Shown piece by piece: positions 1 through 11,500 of a stretch of 64,000 nucleotides of DNA. The first letter of the stretch is position 1. Each line of letters begins with the position of its first letter. Where the stretch lies: assembly GCA_051530055.1 (NCBI GenBank), contig CM121341.1, positions 5,930,784-5,994,783 of the forward strand, given 5' to 3'. The stretch is from Neoechinorhynchus agilis. Taxonomy: Eukaryota > Animalia > Acanthocephala. Both the position numbers and the translations under genes were made by a program. The notes beneath the pieces were generated by a model, which was not told the DNA's origin, made no database searches, and worked only from the letters and a program-made list of their open reading frames with translations.

Positions 1-2
1 GT

Positions 3-632
3 GACAAAGACCGAGCTGAACTTGAGCTCCCGTGTAATAGAGAATACATCGATTCTGATCTCCTGAGGGAGTATATCACTTATGCTAGAGAAAACGTTCA
101 TCCCAGACTAACTGAAGATGCATCGAACGCTCTGATAAGGGCGTATGTGGAAATGCGACAAACCGGATCAAATACAAAAGGTCAAGTTGGTGCATACCCT
201 CGTCAACTGGAATCTTTAATCCGATTATCGGAGGCTCATGCCAAAATTCGTTTGTCCGAAACTGTGGAAGTAACAGACGTGGCCGAAGCCAGGCGACTTC
301 ATCGTGAAGCTCTTAAACAGTCATCAGTGGACCCACGAACGGGAGAAATAGATCTAAATATTTTGGCGACTGGAGCAAGTGCCACGGATAGAAGACGAAG
401 GGCAGACCTTGCACTGGCCATCAAAAATCACCTCGTTGCAAGTCCAGGTACCGCTTTACTCGAAACAGTTCATGGAATCAGGGTAATTCGAAAAGACAAT
501 CTATATCAAGATATTAGAACAAAGATCGAACAGCCTGTGGGAAGAGAGGATTTCGAAGAGGCAATGATTGAACTGGAGAGATCGGGAATCGTAATTATTA
601 CCGGTCAGTTGGTACGAATATTGTCCTCGTAA
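3..632 (+). CDS. MCM4: DNA replication licensing factor MCM4, 3' part (runs off the window start)
   Basis: Frame open from base 3: LLREYITYARENVHPRL...AYPRQLESLIRLSEAHAKIRLS...ARRLHREALKQSSVDPRTGEIDLNIL matches the MCM4 arginine-finger and C-terminal region. AATAAA near 667. Confidence 0.92.
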   Translation, partial: DKDRAELELPCNREYIDSDLLREYITYARENVHPRLTEDASNALIRAYVEMRQTGSNTKGQVGAYPRQLESLIRLSEAHAKIRLSETVEVTDVAEARRLHREALKQSSVDPRTGEIDLNILATGASATDRRRRADLALAIKNHLVASPGTALLETVHGIRVIRKDNLYQDIRTKIEQPVGREDFEEAMIELERSGIVIITGQLVRILSS

Positions 633-980
633 GCTTTTAAAGTGAGCGCATACAATCAGTTAAGAGAATAAAAATTCTGGTAACTTATGCCCTCGTTTTG
701 GTCTTCGTGTCACTTTAAACAATTTGGTGGGTAATACCAAGACATTCGCGATACTTGGACTATTTCATTAGAAGTCATCATAGCAAAGGCAATTAAGAAA
801 CAACTTTGACCGCAGTAGCCAATGTCATCTACTTCGTTAGATGTGCAACTTTTCATGATGTCTACATTCAGATTTGAATTTGAAACGGAGTGATCTTTAG
901 TTTTCTAGTTAATACTGAACCAAGTTTCATCGGCCCATTGTAGGGATTACTCGAATTAAATGTTTATTTCTCAATCGCTT

Positions 981-3900
981 TTAACCTCCACTATTTTTTC
1001 TTAGTGCAAGATCTGCAGCTACTACCAACGACACGTCGTTCATTTCATTTTCCACTAAGCACGAATTATCAGGCTCATCGTTTTGGCAAAATAAATATTC
1101 ATCGATGAGTTTTTGAATCATTGTGCCACTTTTGTTTTCAGGCGTCGGCTCTAAGTCACTCAAAATGAGTGGACTAGATACATAGAAGCCAACACTGGTC
1201 AAGATCTGGAGTTTTCTGTGAACAAGTGGCCACATCAGATCGTCAACGGTTCCCTTGGCTAGAAGATATTTTACTTTAACTGTGTTTTGCTGACCAATAC
1301 GATGAGCTCGATCCTCGGCTTGAATAAGTAAACCGGGATTCCAAAAGAGCTCTGCAAATATTACAATGGAAGCTCTTGTCAAATTAATTCCTGTTCCAGC
1401 AGCCAGTAACGAGAGGACTGCCAATCGAATTCGTCCGTCAGATTGGAAACTCATTGCTAATTGATGCCTATTTTCGGGCAAGGTAGTTCCATCGATCCGA
1501 ACATAAACGATGGACTTTTTGAGAAGAGTATTTAGAAATTGTGTGTGAACTTAAAGCAACTTACGTTTGCATCGAGAGCTCGACATATTTCATCGAGCAT
1601 AGAATGATGGTGGGCAAATATGATTATATATTCTTTTGATTCGTTTATCAGATTAATAATAAAATCACTTGTCAGAAAAAAAGAAGAGTTGTGATATCAT
1701 TTGGCTCGCTAAATGTACTTACCAGACCGCTGGCGCCTTAGCTTTACTGGACTGCTGAAAAAACCGAAGAAGGTTTTCGCGATCATTCCCAGTACGATGA
1801 TTTTGATCGAAGAACGATATTGGACAGCATTGTCGTATTTTGCGTTTGTCCAAATACGCAATTTCCCTTAACTTTGACGGTATCTCGTTCAAAATATCGG
1901 ATTTTTGTCGCCTGAGCATTATGCCACATTCAAGAATTATTTGCAGTTCCTTCATGTTAGAGCATCCACTGTAATCCCACCCGAATTTGCCCTGAGAATA
2001 GTGATTACTCATTCAATCTCCAACTTTTTCGAATATACCTGCTTGGCATTGCAATATCGAAGTCCGAAATCATGCATGTTCCCAAATAAGCTGGGTTTTA
2101 CTCAGAAGTACTCATAACAAAAGAGGGATCGAGAAAGATGTTCCGTTTTTATGAAGTTAATTTGGAGGTTAGGTTAAAGGCGGGGGAGATGCTGAAGCAA
2201 TATAATAGAAATATAGCTGTTTTTAAATTTGCGATGAAGAGAAGCAAGGTCTGCTCCCTTAAGGAAATTTTAGAAATGAGAATTAACAATCTGATGAGAG
2301 CTTCTGATATGCAATGCAATTGTGGATATAGCTCGATCGGCCGTGATAGTGCAGGAGTACCGCTCAACAAAATCAATCGTTTGCAAGCCTAGTTTCGTTT
2401 ATTTGCGAGACTATTTTCTGTAAAAGTACGTTGTTACTTTCAAAACTGGCAATGCCATTTGAGTTCGAGCTGCTTTCATATTCTTCAGATAATGTGATTC
2501 ATCCTTCGGGATCAAAGTTTAAAAGAGTTCAAATGAAAAGAATTACTCACAACTATTACAACTTGATATTTTCTAATTCGTATAAGTTGAGCGTGCCTCA
2601 TTAAGGTGTCGAAACTCACTATGCATACTCGTTCGTCCGACTTTGAAATTTGAATCGACGAAGAGTTACATATGTTTACTTGTCGCGATTTAAGAGTCGG
2701 TAACCATTTTGTAAGATTCTATGAAAAGTTAAAGTATGACAAGTTAGGGGTTTAACTCCAACCTCAGACCACATTCTCCTTAGTCCCGCTGGACATACGA
2801 TCAAAAGTGGCCATTCTTGTTCATACCATGAAGCGACACAAATGGACTGTAAAGTCTTTCCAAGGCCCATATCGTCGGCTAATAAAATCCTTCCATTATT
2901 GGCTATACAAAATCTTAACAGAGGCCAAAGCCTTAAAGTGATCGAAAAACGAGTTACTCTAACTTAACGCTTGACTTTTGAAAGGGTAGCAAATGTGGAT
3001 AAATGTATGCAAAACTCTCAAGATTGCTTACAAGTCCTTGTCCAGCTTCTTCGACCACATTGTTCACTGAATTGTTAGTCGAAGTTTTCAAGTAGTCTAG
3101 TACCGCGGATGATATCGATTCGATTCTTGAGCATTTGACCGACCGAAGATATTTTACTAATTGATGGAATAACTGTTAGATTTTAGGCATTCATTCATAA
3201 ATTTTACCCAGTATGTCATGATCAGAGACATCAAATGTCCATTTGTTCAGTTGCTCATCTAAACAACAATAAGAGGTTGATTTTTTTTATAAATGACCTA
3301 CCGAATCGCTTCGATTCACTTTGTTCGAAAATACGATTGAGTGATATATCTGATGAACACTGAATAGCAAATCTAAGCACAATGAGGTTTTCGGGGACTT
3401 TATTCGAGTATTGTGACCTGTTCTTAGCAACAAGCAGAAATCGTACAACTCCTTGCCGTCTGTCAAATAATTCGGAATTTCCGAATAAATTCAATACGAC
3501 GATTGGAGCTAAAAGCTCAGCTTTTTGAACTAAATGTTTTTTTACGATTTTTTCAGAATGATAGCTTATCGAACCAAATTCTTTATAGTGTTCTATACTA
3601 AAAGACCATTCCTTGTTTATTGGATCTAAAAAAAATGTTAGTTAAAGATAAAATCCATGAGATTGTGAACGTGGGGAAAAAATTATATATCCTAGATGAC
3701 TTTTATTGAAATTACACTTTCGGTGAGAATAATCCCGGTCATTACATATTTTATTTTAAATAAAATATGTAATGACCGGGATTAATCTCACCGAAAGTGT
3801 AAATTTATTATCCCGAAGGACTTTCTATCGATGGTTTTATTGAAATATTTCGTCCAATGTGAATTATTGTTTGCAAGTGTTTGTCGTAAAATCTTTTGCG

Positions 3901-4629
3901 AACAACAATTCACAGTGAAGAAGTCCACGTGATTGGACGAAATATTTCAATAAAACCAATAGAAGTCCCGGATAATAAATTACACTCGGTGAGAATAATC
4001 CCGGTCATTACATATTTTATTTATTGAAATATTTCGTCCAAAATAAAATAACCGATTAATCACCGGTGAAATATCCCGGCTTCTATTTTTATGAAATATT
4101 TAACGTGACACTGTGAATTATTGTTTGCAAGTGTTTGTCGTAAAATCTTTTGCGAACAACAATTCACAGTGAAGAAGTCCAGCGTGATTGGACGAAATAT
4201 TTCAATAAAACCATCGATAGAAAGTCCTTCGGGATAATAAAATTACACTTTCGGTGAGAATAATCCCGGTCATTACATATTTTATTTATTGAAATATTTC
4301 GTCCAATCACGCTGGACTTCTTCACTGTGAATTATTGTTTGCAAGTGTTTGTCGTAAAATCTTTTGCGAACAATAATTCACAGTGAAGAAGTCCAACGTG
4401 ATTGGACGAAATATTTCAATAAAAGTCATCTTGGATATATAATTTTTCCCCACTTGTCGATTTAGAGTTTGTGTGTTTTGTGAATCAACTGACCGTACTG
4501 TTTAGATGGGATTGAGCGGCATAGAGTTACCAACGGTGGATAATAGGACGACCGGATCAGGAAACGTTTGCCTTTTTCGCATTTAATGAAATTTACCTTT
4601 ATGGATGGTTCACATGGCCGACCATCCAT
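981..4629 (-). CDS. SMARCAL1: SMARCAL1/HARP annealing helicase (multi-exon)
   Basis: SNF2 motifs (DD)MGLGKTLQ, LSGTPALSRPIELYPQL and ELFWNPGLLIQAEDRAHRIGQ. A HARP domain is rebuilt across a GT-AG intron at 4493-3626: MDGRPCEPSIKVNF...YYPPLVTLCRSIPSKQY-D-PINKEWSFSIEHY. ATG at 4629. Confidence 0.88.
3671..4453. mobile_element. Foldback element with about 42-bp terminal inverted repeats and nested internal palindromes, in SMARCAL1 intron 1
   Basis: GTGGGGAAAAAATTATATATCCTAGATGACTTTTATTGAAAT at 3671 mirrors ATTTCAATAAAAGTCATCTTGGATATATAATTTTTCCCCAC ending at 4453. Internal modules recur in both orientations. No ORF, no clear target-site duplication. Confidence 0.65.
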
Positions 4630-4991
4630 CGTATGAATCTAAAGTTTATTGTGGGAATATCAGGCTGTTAAACAGTTTCTTAAAGACGTGCCGATAACGA
4701 CCACTATCGATCATGGGGTTCATTGGAAATCAGTCCGATTAACCGACGATTTGAACCTATGAATTCTCGAAATTATCATTTTTCCGGAAAACAAACTCCC
4801 ATAATGAAATCAAACAAACCCAAAATACAGTGCGGAATTTGAGTGATAAAAGTTTTATCGAGATTATCGCACCAATGCGCCCAAAATAACGTTTTCATTT
4901 GTCGAATTTGTTTCTTCCACGCGGCCTTCGAGATTAAAATCAATCCGATAAACCTCACTTTCACATAAAGAAGTTGCTCATTAGAAAACAT

Positions 4992-5447
4992 TTAATTTCT
5001 CCAACGACGGAAAAAGAACTGCAATAAATAAACAAAGTGAACACCCAACACAAAGGCTAAACACGACGTCAATACAAGAGAAACCGCCCAACAAGACTGC
5101 TCTTTAGCCTCGTCTTTGGTGGTTTTCGCCATTGATTCGGTCATATTGGAACTGAGTGCCTCGGCGTTAACTTTAAGAACAGTTTCAGTTATCTTTTGAA
5201 CAATATCAGCGCTCATGCCATGATCCACTTTTATTTCACTATTTGAACTGCTTACGCTATCACTTTCGCCAATTACTTTAGAAAAATCAAAACCAAGATG
5301 CTGAGGTCTCATCAAATTTCTATGAATCTCGGAATTCACGCAACTATCAACAGTTATCAGTTCCTTCTCTTGAGCAGAAACGCTGGACGCCTGCGAACTG
5401 CCACATTCCGATCGAATCTCGGTCAATGATTTGGACATCCCAACCAA
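4992..5447 (-). CDS. Hypothetical tail-anchored membrane protein, paralog A
   Basis: Ser-rich ORF ending in a hydrophobic helix and basic tail (VSLVLTSCLAFVLGVHFVYLLQFFFRRWRN). First 111 aa identical to the 17462-17926 ORF. True start uncertain. Confidence 0.6.
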   Translation of the reverse strand: MVGMSKSLTEIRSECGSSQASSVSAQEKELITVDSCVNSEIHRNLMRPQHLGFDFSKVIGESDSVSSSNSEIKVDHGMSADIVQKITETVLKVNAEALSSNMTESMAKTTKDEAKEQSCWAVSLVLTSCLAFVLGVHFVYLLQFFFRRWRN

Positions 5448-6030
5448 TTTCTCTGGCTTTAATGAAGATATCTTAATATTTCCATAGTTACCGTAGACAG
5501 CTAAAAGCTTCCATATTTAATAACAGCCGAGAGAATGAGACGAGAAAAATTGAAGTTTTGTTAATGCCTTTTTGGTTGTTGTTTTGTTGTAATAGATTTC
5601 TATTTCGTTTACGTCTACTAAAATTATATATTCCTTCCTTTCGGCGTGGAAACGCAAGGGGCACTGGGATCGTCAGCACAAAACTTCTGCGCTGAACTCG
5701 GACGGCGGCTCACATCCTGCACAGGAGAGCGACGTGAGAGGACTTTCCTAATCCAAAGGATTAGCCTCGCAATTCAACGAGGAAATGCCATCAGCGTCCG
5801 AGGCACGATCTTAGCTTGAAATAAACTGAAAAGAACCAAATCTTCTTAATAAACTTCCTTTATTAAAAATGAATCATTAGTTCTGATTTTAAATTCCCAT
5901 TTACTGTTAACGATACAATTATTAAAGATGACTTTAGAGCGATCAAATAATTGATTTTTGATAATTTTCGGCCTTCTTGTAAAACCACAGTTTTCTCTTA
6001 TACTCAAACGAATTTAAGGTTTATGAGTTT
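5113..6030. repeat. 918-bp inverted duplication, arm A (partner 16879-17796)
   Basis: Reverse complement matches 16879-17796 wherever compared, and both embedded ORF translations are identical. Confidence 0.95.
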
Positions 6031-6039
6031 GAGAGCGTG

Positions 6040-7095
6040 ATACTAATGTCGTTGTTAGCATTTTTTTCAATCCTTAGTTCGTTTATTACAATAATAAAGC
6101 ACAATACGTGCAATCACCACCGTCCCCAAAATCGTAGCTTCTCTCCTTCCTCGGCTGTCGCTATCACGTTAGTAACATTGCCTCGTTGTACTGCAAGCGA
6201 GATATTTTGTCGAAGGGAATACAGCTGCTCTTGAGTTTCCGGTCGTTTCTCTCAATTTATTCGAGAGATCCTGGAGCAGAGTGCCGAGCTGCCAAGCGCT
6301 CCACACGTCTCTAGTCCGAAGGGGACAAAATAGTGGGTCGGACGTGGCGTCCAGGAGAAGGTGAAATTCCGTCAGGTCGACGGCTGTCTAATCGACAAAG
6401 ATTGACGGGTTCCAAGATGTTGGGGAAGTTCACCGTTCTCAGCGCCCGAGAAATTACGTTATTGATCTCAGAATGGCGGGAGAACCTTCCTCCTGACTTT
6501 CGGCAAACGAAACCGTGTCGACCGAAAGCATCAACCAAAGACCCACATCGACAGCAATAAGTCCTAAGGACGCTGCGATCATCGTTACCTCATCAATGAG
6601 AAGAGTTCTCACAGATGCCAGAGGAACAGCCTCCAACCACGGCCCCGATTCTCGTGTCGAAACTGCCAACAATCTAGCTCTAACGGCCCCATCGCGAGAA
6701 CCTGAAAGTAGAGAGCTGTGAGCTCTCCCCAGATCTACTGTCTGAGGCCATTCAGGGGAACATGGTTGGCGCCTGTCTGCTGGCACCATTCTTCAACTGC
6801 CACCACAAAGTCTTGGTCAAGACAGAACTTTTCCATCGGAATTTTCTTCGCTATCGGTTTACTCCCCTCATACGATCCAAGAAAGGCTGGCAAGGTCTAC
6901 TAACGCCCGAATGCCCAATCCCCCTCAGATGACAAATGAAGCTTGTCGTTACGCTTCATCTGGAGCTGGACATTTAAAATACGCTCGAGACAAGCCTTTA
7001 CCGTGTCGTCGAGCTTAGCCAATCATTCCTTATGTTTGAAGAATGTTGCTGTATTTGGGGATCTTCGTGAGCCGAGAGAGCGCTCGCCCTATCGC
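6040..7095 (-). mobile_element. Degenerate non-LTR retrotransposon with restriction-like endonuclease (CRE-like), 3' portion
   Basis: Frameshifted fragments GLGIRALVDLAS, ARLLAVSTRESGPWLEAVP, DAFGRHGFVC...RHSEINNVISRAL...EPVNLCRLDSRRPDG and ISLAVQRGN: zinc knuckle, PD-type nuclease and typical C-terminus. Confidence 0.8.
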
Positions 7096-7140
7096 ACAGC
7101 AACGAAAACCTAATTTCCATCCCTTTTTTGTTATTTATAT

Positions 7141-8550
7141 TTACTGCCTTGAAAAACTGAAATGAGGCCTCGTTTTTAATGCGGAAACAAAAAGTGAAGT
7201 CGATGGCCTTTGTTGTTTCTCGGTTGCCTTTGTCGAGTCTTCATCGTTGTTTTCGCAACTGTACAGAATGAGCCACAAAAAGCGTTTATAATTACATATT
7301 GACTTTACAAAATACATGTAGAAAAAATTGTCCAAACTTCATTTTCTTGCATTTCATTGTCTCATTACGGCAACAATGGCGAAAAAATTGATAAGATTAC
7401 TCATTGCAATGGATGTTTAAACGAAGAACAGGGGCTATAACTTATTGCATTCGTGTTTGAGTTTAGAAAAAGGCGAAAATTGATTGGGTCAAATACACTT
7501 AAACGGATTGGACTGAAAAGTGACGACAATCCTAGTTGTCTTGTTAAGGGCTCGCCAAAAAGGTCCACAATGACGGCAAGTCGTTTTGTGGTGATCATGA
7601 TGGCATTAATCGTTTGAAAAAGTCTAATTCCTTCGGGTCGCTGTATTTCCGGATTCTCGTCCATGTCAACTTGAGGTTTCAGATCGATGGATCGCTTGAA
7701 TGAGCAACTGAAACTATCGAACAAGTGGATGCAAGCGTTTCGATCTACAACAAATAGAAAAGATGATATAGTCCCGATCGAGGTTAACCGAGCACATTTC
7801 ATCGGATTGAGTTGAAAATTCTTATGGTTTTTAACACGTCCACGTAATGAGAGTGAGGCGAAAGGTAACCGGGAGCTCCGTATATCCCATAAAGTGACAC
7901 AATCTGAATCCGTAGATTTCTCGTGCCGTACAATGGTAGCCAAAGTGTAATCGTTAGATAACCAACAAGCATCCGTTATTTTGTTTTTACTAATGTTGAT
8001 ATCAGTAGTTAAATTAGCTTCGGAGCTAATATAATCACTGACTGAAATGATGAGTGGTAAGTCCGGTCAAAATGTCGACTAGAACAGCAGATCGATCGGA
8101 TGTGATTGTGGATAAAAGTGTTGGTTTGCCCGGATTGTGGCTGTGTCCCTTTATAATATCTAAATTAAAGACATCAGCGATTTCTGATGATGCTACATCG
8201 TAGATGACTAAAGGACCTTTTTTGAACGATGCTGTGATTATTCCTCGATCCACCGGATACCAGTGAGCTGACAATGGAACACCTACAACAAGTTCATCAG
8301 GTGAAATCGTTTGGCTCGGTTCGATGGATGACCGGTCGTCTTGTAAAAGATCGTAAATCAACACTTTTCCGGATGCCAATATTACACACACAAATCTTCG
8401 ATCGATCGGATCCAATTCTTTTGGACAATTTAGGTCCCAATGAACCGAACACATGGGAAGATTTATAACTTTTTTGGAGAACGATAGTGACTTTAGAATC
8501 TTACAAGACACTCTACGTTCAATAGAAACGTCACCGTACCGTCGATCCAT
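7141..8550 (-). CDS. ERCC8: DNA excision repair protein ERCC8/CSA-like WD40 protein (last exon 7141-7335 tentative)
   Basis: WYPVDRGIITASF...YDVASSEIADVFNL, VDILTGLTTHHF, ACWLSNDYTLAT and VTLWDIRSS parallel ERCC8 WYPHDTGMFTSSSF...TADVFNF, CDLKSGSCSH and VKLWDVRRA. Confidence 0.75.
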
Positions 8551-11500
8551 ATTCGTTTTAAAAAAGAACTCGATTATTGTTTATAACAAATCAAACCATC
8601 ACTACGGAAGAACGCAAAAAAATATCAACCGAAACAATCGTATAGAGAAAACCGCTCGGATCAGTGTTAAAGTTTATACTTTTGGTGAGACTTTTAAACA
8701 AAGAATGAGGAAGATATTTTTCGGATTATTTTTTATACCAGTTTCCGTTTTTCAATTTCTGGTGTTTTCACAAAAAAAAGACGATTTATCGATCTTGTTT
8801 CAAAAATGTATTCGCCCTTTTTTTTCGTTCGACGTAAAACAACAAGATTTATCATTTAAACATATAAAGATGTTTCTCAGCGCTTTTAGCGATTGGAGCA
8901 GAAAGTCTTCAGCTCTCCGACCCAGGGAAACGGCAGACTCCAAGTGTTTCAAAAAAGACTGAACAAAGTCTTGAGTTCGGAGGGGGCGACCACTTGAGAA
9001 GAAAATTAGGCCGGGTTGCAGGCATTTAAGCCTAGTTTCATGGTTCGTCAAGCCATTTTGTTGCCTATTTTAAGAAGCCTTTTCATTTTATTAATCTCTG
9101 TCCTAGGTGAAAACGCTTGACGTGGTCAGATTTTTGTTGTTTTTTTGATAAAAGTTGATTTTTTTTGATATTTCAACGACACGTCACAAAAATATGATTG
9201 CACCTTTTTTTTCTAAGAATCAATGGATAAAAAGTATCGCGACTATGGAACCAGGAAAGCGTCGACCAATGAGAGACTGCGTTCTAGTCGTGATCAGCGG
9301 CGGTACAACGAAGTAGGTCATTGTTGTTGTTGTTGTTTGATTGTTGATCTGCGGAGACTGGAAGTTATGCGGTACAACGAAGTAGGTCATTGTTGTTGTT
9401 GTTTGATTGTTGATCTGCGGAGACTGGAAGTTATCGGCGGCGTAGGTCCCCGACGTTGACGTGGTCAGACTTTTGTTGTTTTTTTGATAAAAGTTGATTT
9501 TTTTTGATATTTCAACGACCACGTCACAAAAATATGATTGCACCTTTTTTTTCTAAGAATCAATGGATAAAAAGTATCGCGACTATGGAACCAGGAAAGC
9601 GTCGACCAATGAGAGACTGCGTTCTAGTCGTGATCAGCGGCGGTACAACGAAGTAGGTCATTGTTGTTGTTGTTGTTGTTTGATTGTTGATCTGCGGAGA
9701 CTGGAAGTTATGCGGTACAACGAAGTAGGTCATTGTTGTTGTTGTTGTTTGATTGTTGATCTGCGGAGACTGGAAGTTATCGGCGGCGTAGGTCCCCGAC
9801 GTTGACGTGGTCAGACTTTTGTTGTTTTTTTGATAAAAGTTGATTTTTTTTGATATTTCAACGACCACGTCACAAAAATATGATTGCACCTTTTTTTCTA
9901 AGAATCAATGGGTAAAAAGTATCGCGACTATGGAACCAGGAAAGCGTCGACCAATGAGAGACTGCGTCTAGTCGTGATCAGCGGCGGTACAACGAAGTAG
10001 GTCATTGTTGTTGTTGTTGTTTGATTGTTGATCTGCGGAGACTGAAGTTATGGGTACAACGAAGTAGGTCATTGTTGTTGTTGTTTGATTGTTGACCGGA
10101 GACTGGAAGTTATCGGCGGCGTGGTCCCCGACGTTGACGTGGTCAGACTTTGTTGTTTTTTTGATAAAAGTTGATTTTTTTGATATTTCAACGACCACGT
10201 CACAAAAATATGATTGCACCTTTTTTTTCTAAGAATCAATGGGTAAAAAGTATCGCGACTATGGAACCAGGAAAGCGTCGACCAATGAGAGACTGCGTTC
10301 TAGTCGTGATCAGCGGCGGTACAACGAAGTAGGTCATTGTTGTTGTTGTTGTTTGATTGTTGATCTGCGGAGACTGGAAGTTATGCGGTACAACGAAGTA
10401 GGTCATTGTTGTTGTTGTTGTTTGATTGTTGATCTGCGGAGACTGGAAGTTATCGGCGGCGTAGGTCCCCGACGTTGACGTGGTCAGACTTTGTTGTTTT
10501 TTGATAAAAGTTGATTTTTTTTGATATTTCAACGACACGTCACAAAAATATGATTGCACCTTTTTTCTAAGAATCAATGGGTAAAAAGTATCGCGACTAT
10601 GGAACCAGGAAAGCGTCGACCAATGAGAGACTGCGTTCTAGTCGTGATCAGCGGCGGTACAACGAAGTAGGTCATTGTTGTTGTTGTTTGATTGTTGATC
10701 TGCGGAGACTGGAAGTACGGTACAACGAAGTAGGTCATTGTTGTTGTTGTTGTTGTTTGATTGTTGATCTGCGGAGACTGGAAGTTATCGGCGGCGTAGG
10801 TCCCCGACGTTGACGTGGTCAGACTTTTGTTGTTTTTTTGATAAAAGTTGATTTTTTTTGATATTTCAACGACCACGTCACAAAAATATGATTGCACCTT
10901 TTTTTTCTAAGAATCAATGGATAAAAAGTATCGCGACTATGGAACCAGGAAAGCGTCGACCAATGAGAGACTGCGTTCTAGTCGTGATCAGCGGCGGTAC
11001 AACGAAGTAGGTCATTGTTGTTGTTGTTTTTGTTGATCTGCGGAGACTGGAAGTTATGCGGTACAACGAAGTAGGTCATTGTTGTTGTTGTTTGATTGTT
11101 GATCTGCGGAGACTGGAAGTTATCGGCGGCGTAGGTCCCCGACGTTGACGTGGTCAGACTTTTGTTGTTTTTTTGATAAAAGTTGATTTTTTTTGATATT
11201 TCAACGACCACGTCACAAAAATATGATTGCACCTTTTTTTTCTAAGAATCAATGGGTAAAAAGTATCGCGACTATGGAACCAGGAAAGCGTCGACCAATG
11301 AGAGACTGCGTTCTAGTCGTGATCAGCGGCGGTACAACGAAGTAGGTCATTGTTGTTGTTTGTTGTTGACAACGAAGTTATGCGGTACAACGAAGTAGGT
11401 CATTGTTGTTGTTGTTGTTTGATTGTTGATCTGCGGAGACTGGAAGTTATCGGCGGCGTAGGTCCCCGACGTTGACGTGGTCAGACTTTTGTTGTTTTTT

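Noticed and set aside
8453-9051. ORFs 8453-8962 (+) and 8800-9051 (-) as genes
   Set aside because: No recognisable motifs, non-ATG starts, and they overlap the ERCC8 5' end and the AT-rich intergenic region.
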